Shown here: piece after piece, positions 58,778-64,000 of the stretch | How positions within the stretch are numbered: position 1 is the first letter of the stretch | How the letters are laid out: every line of letters starts with the position of its first letter | Assembly: GCA_026770705.1 (NCBI GenBank) | Contig: JANJGN010000021.1 | Span: 99,634,001-99,698,000 of the forward strand | Origin: Isurus oxyrinchus | Taxonomy: Eukaryota | Direction of reading: 5' to 3' | DNA length: 64,000 bases | The notes under the pieces: model-generated | Told to the model about the DNA's origin: nothing | Seen by the model: only the letters and a program-made list of their open reading frames with translations | Database searches by the model: none | Position numbers and translations under genes: made by a program

Positions 58778-60869
58778 GTGAATCCTGGAGGATGTGTTTT
58801 CCTCGAGATTGAATCGAATGAATCGTGGTGGCTCTACATTGTTACTCTGTAAATAGAACTGTAAAAGTCTACAGTTTCTCTACTTCAGGCCACAATTTTT
58901 AACCTACTCTGATCCACTCTGTTTAACCTGCAATGAGTCTGGGAATGCAACTTGCTCACGGCCAATTCACTCACTGCTTTCACTGTGAGGCAGAGTGGGC
59001 GTCTAGTGAGGGGTCTGCTCCCCGGTTGGTTGTGGGGGGGTCAAGGGGTTGCTCGCAGTTACAATGGTGCAGGAGAAGGGGTTGTTGCACTGAAACCACA
59101 GGCTCAGATCAGGAGGAATTAATTGCTGGGGATCAGGGAGCCTGTGTCTCACAGATCTTTTGGTGCTGTGAGATTATTTGTTTTGTTCTTTACAAACTAG
59201 GACCTGCTCCTGCAATTTTTAACACTTCTCCAATTCCTATGAGAAATTAGGTTCTTTCTCCACTTTCCTGTCCCTCCATTCAAAACATATGCCACTGGTG
59301 GGGAACAATTTGAGACTTTTAGGAATAAAATGATCAGGAATCTGCATCAAGAGAAAATAGAGCAATAAATTAGCAGCCAGCAGAGATTTCAGAAGAGAAG
59401 ATGGTGCTTGTCAAAGCTCCGAACATTCTTTGAGGTGGTAACATATACTGTGATAGAGAAATGTGGTAGATGTAGTGTACATGGACTTCAGGAAAACCTT
59501 TGACAAGTTACCACAAGGGAAATGATTAGAGAAGATTAAATGAGTCTTTTGGACCTCTCTTGTCCAGAGAAAGTTTTAACTGGATCACAAAGATCTTGCA
59601 CCATGTCAGCCCTTCATTCCAGATTAGGACCTGGAATATGCGAGAAGCTGACAACATGTTACCTGTCCAGCTCAACCTCCCCAAATAGTTATTCCTGCCT
59701 TTGATCCAACATAGATCTGGGTGCAGGGCAGATTTCCAGTACTTCTATGTAGGGGCGAATCACTCTGCAAACTTGGATGACGGTACACAGTGTGAACACA
59801 ATGGTTCCATTTTAAACTAGGTGCAGGGACAGAGAGACCTGGGAATGTATGTACACAAATTTCTGAAGGTGACAGGGCAAGTTGAGAACAGCTAGACTAA
59901 GTGGGTAGCACCCTCCCCACTGAAACAGAAGGTTTTGACTTCTAGACACAGCACAGGAAGTGCTGCACAGTTTGAGGGTCGGTACTGAAGGAGTGCTGTA
60001 CTGTCAGAGACGCAGTGTTGACCAAATACTGCACTGTCAGAGGGGCACTCCTGAGGGAGTGCTGCATCTTTGGATTGGTACTTCTGAGGGAGTGCTCTAC
60101 TCTCTGTGGGCAGTACTGAGGAGTTGCAGCATTTTTGGAGGGATGGTACTGAGTGAGTGCTGCACTTTTGAAAGGCAAGTGCTAAGGGTGTGCTGCTCTG
60201 TCACGGCAGGAAGGACTGAGGGAGTGCTGCACGATTATAGGTTACGTTAAGTTTGAAGGTGAGAAACCTGGGTCTAAAACTAGTGTTTTAAACTTTAATA
60301 AAGGCAATTACAAATGTTTGAACCTAGAGTTGGATAAGTAGACTGGGAAAGTAGTGTAAATTTAAGATGGCTAATAAGCACTACCTAATAAGCAACACCT
60401 AAGGATGTATTCCATAACTCTCGAGGAAGATATATTCCATTGAGAAAGAAAGTCTGTACGAGAAGGGGCACCATCCATGTCAAACTAAGCAAGTCAAGAA
60501 TAGTATCAAATTGTAAGAAAATGTGTCTAATGCTGCAAAGATTAGTGGTAAATCAGGAGATTGGGAGAATTTTAGAAACAAGCAAAGGATGGAAAAAAAT
60601 AATGAAGAGGGAGAAATTACCAGTGTCGGTGCTGCTGCCTCAACTAATGGAGGTGCTGTAATGTGAGTCATGAAGAGGGACTGCAGGAGGGGATAATTGG
60701 CAAGGGGAAATGAGGAAGGGAATGGAGGATGTGTAATCGGGAGGAGTAATAGGATGGAAAGTGGGGAGGGGGAAATGTGGGATTGATTAAGGGGGTCAGG
60801 GTAATGAGACTGTCATTTTCTGTGGGCTATTGTGGGCAGGGTAGTAATTTGTTCTGTCCCATTTACAGA

Positions 60870-61856
60870 TGTCGCAGACAGAATGTATTTGCTTTCTTAC
60901 TGCCTGTAATCAATATGTTTTGTATGGAAAGTCGAGTGTCTTTTCTTACTCTTGGAGCGTGTATATAATTAAAAAATTCAACAACAAGCTTTTGTGAGTT
61001 TAAAATAAAGACCATTATTTATTCTTGCATATTTACACCGAATTAATGCAACATCACACACATGGTTTCAGGTATGAACATACACACACAAGACTGGACA
61101 CAGATAAAGCTAGTGCACTTTTATAAATTACAGTTAATTCAGTCTCTGATTTATGATTTCTGTTTCTCACATGGCAGACCTATAGTTCCTTGAAGAGATT
61201 TGATGATTTATAAAGTTGAAGTGAGGGCCTTGTAAAGTGAAGGGTTCACAGCAGGTTGCAAGTTTTTTGCAGTTGAATATCTAGGAGGTTGGTTCTCAGG
61301 TGAAATTTGAAAATGAAACAGTGAATTACACTGACTATTTGATGACTTGCAGCTAGTTTCAGAATCTGGTTCACAGACTTGCTGACAACTGATGATTCTG
61401 TTGGATCTACTGGGTACTGATGTAATAAGGGTGCAGACCCTGAAACCAGCTTTGATCACATGACCTTTTGAGTTAACAGAGGCCCACTCAGTCTAGTTTG
61501 GATGGAGGAGGCTGTTGTGAGACAATGGGAAGTTGAAAGTTGCCATTGAGTTTTGATATTCCCTTTTGTCCAGTATGAAACATGGAGACAGGCAGTCTGG
61601 AAACACCAAAGGTGTTAGATGTTGCCCTATCCTTAAACAGTGAGAGGTGTGAATTCCATAAATGTCTGTGAGGTACCCACACATGTCCATATTAAATTAG
61701 GTATTCACTGGAGACTTGGCACTGTCTGTAGTCCAAATGGAAAAAGTCACATGATTTGCTGCAGCCAGATTAACAACCTATTTATGTACAATTTTAAACA
61801 GGTATTAACTGAAAGTTTGTAATATGACACACCTGTATGGGCCATGACATGGTACA
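60870..61856. mobile_element. about 1-kb LTR-like insertion specific to copy 2
   Basis: TG...CA bounded segment absent from the paralogous position (about 30587), where the flanks are contiguous. TSD not clean. Confidence 0.5.
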
Positions 61857-63299
61857 AGCTCAATACAGACTCACTGGGATTTATTCGCTGGAAATTTGAG
61901 CGTTACTAGCAAGGCTGAAAATTATTGCTCACTCCCAGATTCCTCTTGAGAGGTGGTGGTGACTGGCTTCTTGATGTGAATGTCAGTCACAAGATTGGCA
62001 TTTTTTTCCCACCCCTAATTTCCCTTGAACCGCTGTAGTTTGTGTGGTGAACTTACACCCACAGTGCTGTTAGTTGTGGATGTTCCAGTGCATCAGTCTG
62101 TACTGTGAGCAAATATTTGGGAAAAAAGAAGTATTTATTGAGGGTCTTTCACAGTCCCTGGTGAGTGGGTCCCCATTTCACCCTGTCTGTTATCCCATCC
62201 CCACAGTCCACTGTAACCTCCTTGATCCCCTATGCCCCACCCTATCTCTGTAACCTCCCTCAGCCCCTAAACCTCTCCCTATCTGTAACCCACTCCAGCC
62301 CCTACACCGCACCCTATCTCTGTAAGCTCTTCAAGCCCTGACACCCATTCCGATCTCTAACCTCCTCCAGTCCTACACCCCACCCCTCCCTTCTTCTGTA
62401 ACCTCCTCCAGCCACTACACCCCTCCCTATCTCTGTAACCTTCTCCATCTCCTGCAGCTCTCCCTGTCTCTGTAAGCTCCTCCAGTTCTACACCCCTCCC
62501 TATCTCTGCAACATCCTCCATCTCCTACGTCCCTCCGAGATTTCTGTCCTGCTTTAGTTCTGGCCTCTTGAAGTTTAATTGCTCCTCTGTTGGCAGCTGT
62601 GCCTTCAGCTAGCTGGGCCCTGATCTCTGAATTCTCTCCTTAAACCTCTCCATATCTCTTTCCTCCTACCTTTGATTCAATTTAATCTCTGTGACCAAGC
62701 TTTTAGTTACTGGTCCTAATATCTCCATCTGTGACTCGGTGTCAATATTTGTTTGACAGTCGCTTGTTTGAATCATCTTGGGTAGTTTTACTACCTTTAG
62801 CAAGTTGTTGATTTCTAGACTGAAACATCTTTCAGGATGAAACATTAAAACCTTCCCATCTGCTCTCTCAACTGGACATAAAAGCTCCCATGGCTACTGT
62901 TGGAAGCAGTGCAGAGGGGAGTTCTCCCAGGTTTCCTGGCCAATATTTATCCCTCAAGATACATCGTCTAAAAACAAACTATCGAATCATCACCTCGTTG
63001 CTGTTTGTGGGATCATGCTGTGCACATGAGGAGCTGTAACTCTTGACCACAGGGAGTGATTGAGTCGAATATTGTGGATCCATTCAAGGGGAACCTGGAT
63101 AAATGGATGAATTCCCTCTGTGAGCCTATCTATCTCTCTCTTCCTCTCTCCTCCTTTAAGACTAGCTTTAAAACTAGTTATTTTACCAAGTCTTTGGTCG
63201 CCAAATATGTAGTTTGATATTATTTTGGATTATTCCTTGTCTGACATGCCTTTGAATAGTTCACTATATTAAAGGCATTAGATAATTAAAAGTTAAAAA

Positions 63300-63890
63300 T
63301 GTAAGAAATAAGAAGATAAGTCATAGGAGCCCCTTGAGCCTGCTCTGTTCAATAAGATCATGGCTGATCTGATTATGGCCTTAGCTCCAATTTAGTGTCT
63401 GCCCTCCATAACCCTTGACTCCCTTGTCAACCAAAAATCTGTCTGATTCAGCCTTGAATACATTCAATGACCCTGACTCCACTGCTCTCCATGGAAGAGA
63501 ATTCCAAATACTAAGGATCCTCTGAGAGAAGAAATTCCTCCTCTTTCCCATCTTAAATGGGAGACCCTTCATGTTTAACCTGTGCCCCCTGGTTCTAGAT
63601 TACCCCACAAGGGGAAACATCCTCTCAGCATCTACCCTGTTGAGCCTGCCTCAGAATCTTCCATGTTTCAAACCAAATTAAATTAAAATTATCTCTCATT
63701 CTTCTAAATTCTCCATGAGTTTCGGCCCAACCTTTCCTTCATCCCAGAAATCAGCCTCATGAACCTTCTCTGAACTGCCTCCAAGGCAAGTATGTTCCTC
63801 CATCAGTAAAATGACCAAAACCTGTGCATAATAAGCTAGGTGTAACCTCACCAATGCCCTGTACATTTGTAGCAAGGCTTCCCTATTTCA
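63300..63890 (-). mobile_element. CR1-type LINE 3' end
   Basis: ORF 63381-63572 (RRNFFSQRILSIWNSLP...FKAESDRFL). Confidence 0.85.
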
Positions 63891-64000
63891 TAATCCACCC
63901 CCTTTAAATCTTGAAGGCTTTAAATCTCTCAATGGCCTCACCCAGCACATTCTAACCCCACATTAATATGAATTTCTCCAGCTGGCATAGACACGATGGG

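Overview
Repeat-rich eukaryotic DNA, most likely from a cartilaginous fish (inferred from the shark-type MHC class I exons and the repeat families). It holds two tandem + strand MHC class I-like paralogues in a segmental duplication (about 7.4-30.7 kb versus 50.2-62.0 kb). Copy 1 (exons 10264-14868, 3'UTR exon from 26625) is a probable pseudogene: it has an 8-bp deletion in alpha2, no recognisable leader exon, and an inverted alpha3 fragment in its intron. Copy 2 (46306-58777) is an intact 339-aa non-classical class I gene. It has lost both cytoplasmic-tail exons and would take its tail from former 3'UTR. The last intron of copy 1 contains a nested stack of elements, including a 5.6-kb internally deleted provirus (20585-26158, - strand) with two LTRs, a 4-bp TSD, a tRNA-Ser PBS, gag, RT/IN remnants and an Env resembling paramyxo/pneumovirus F proteins, i.e. 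lokiretrovirus-like. The rest is CR1-type LINEs, Penelope elements with minimal hammerhead ribozymes, Harbinger remnants, solo LTRs, Tx1-like 3' ends and minisatellites, several of which sit on splice sites or the promoter. All alignments and counts were done by eye, and repeat boundaries are approximate unless a TSD is given.
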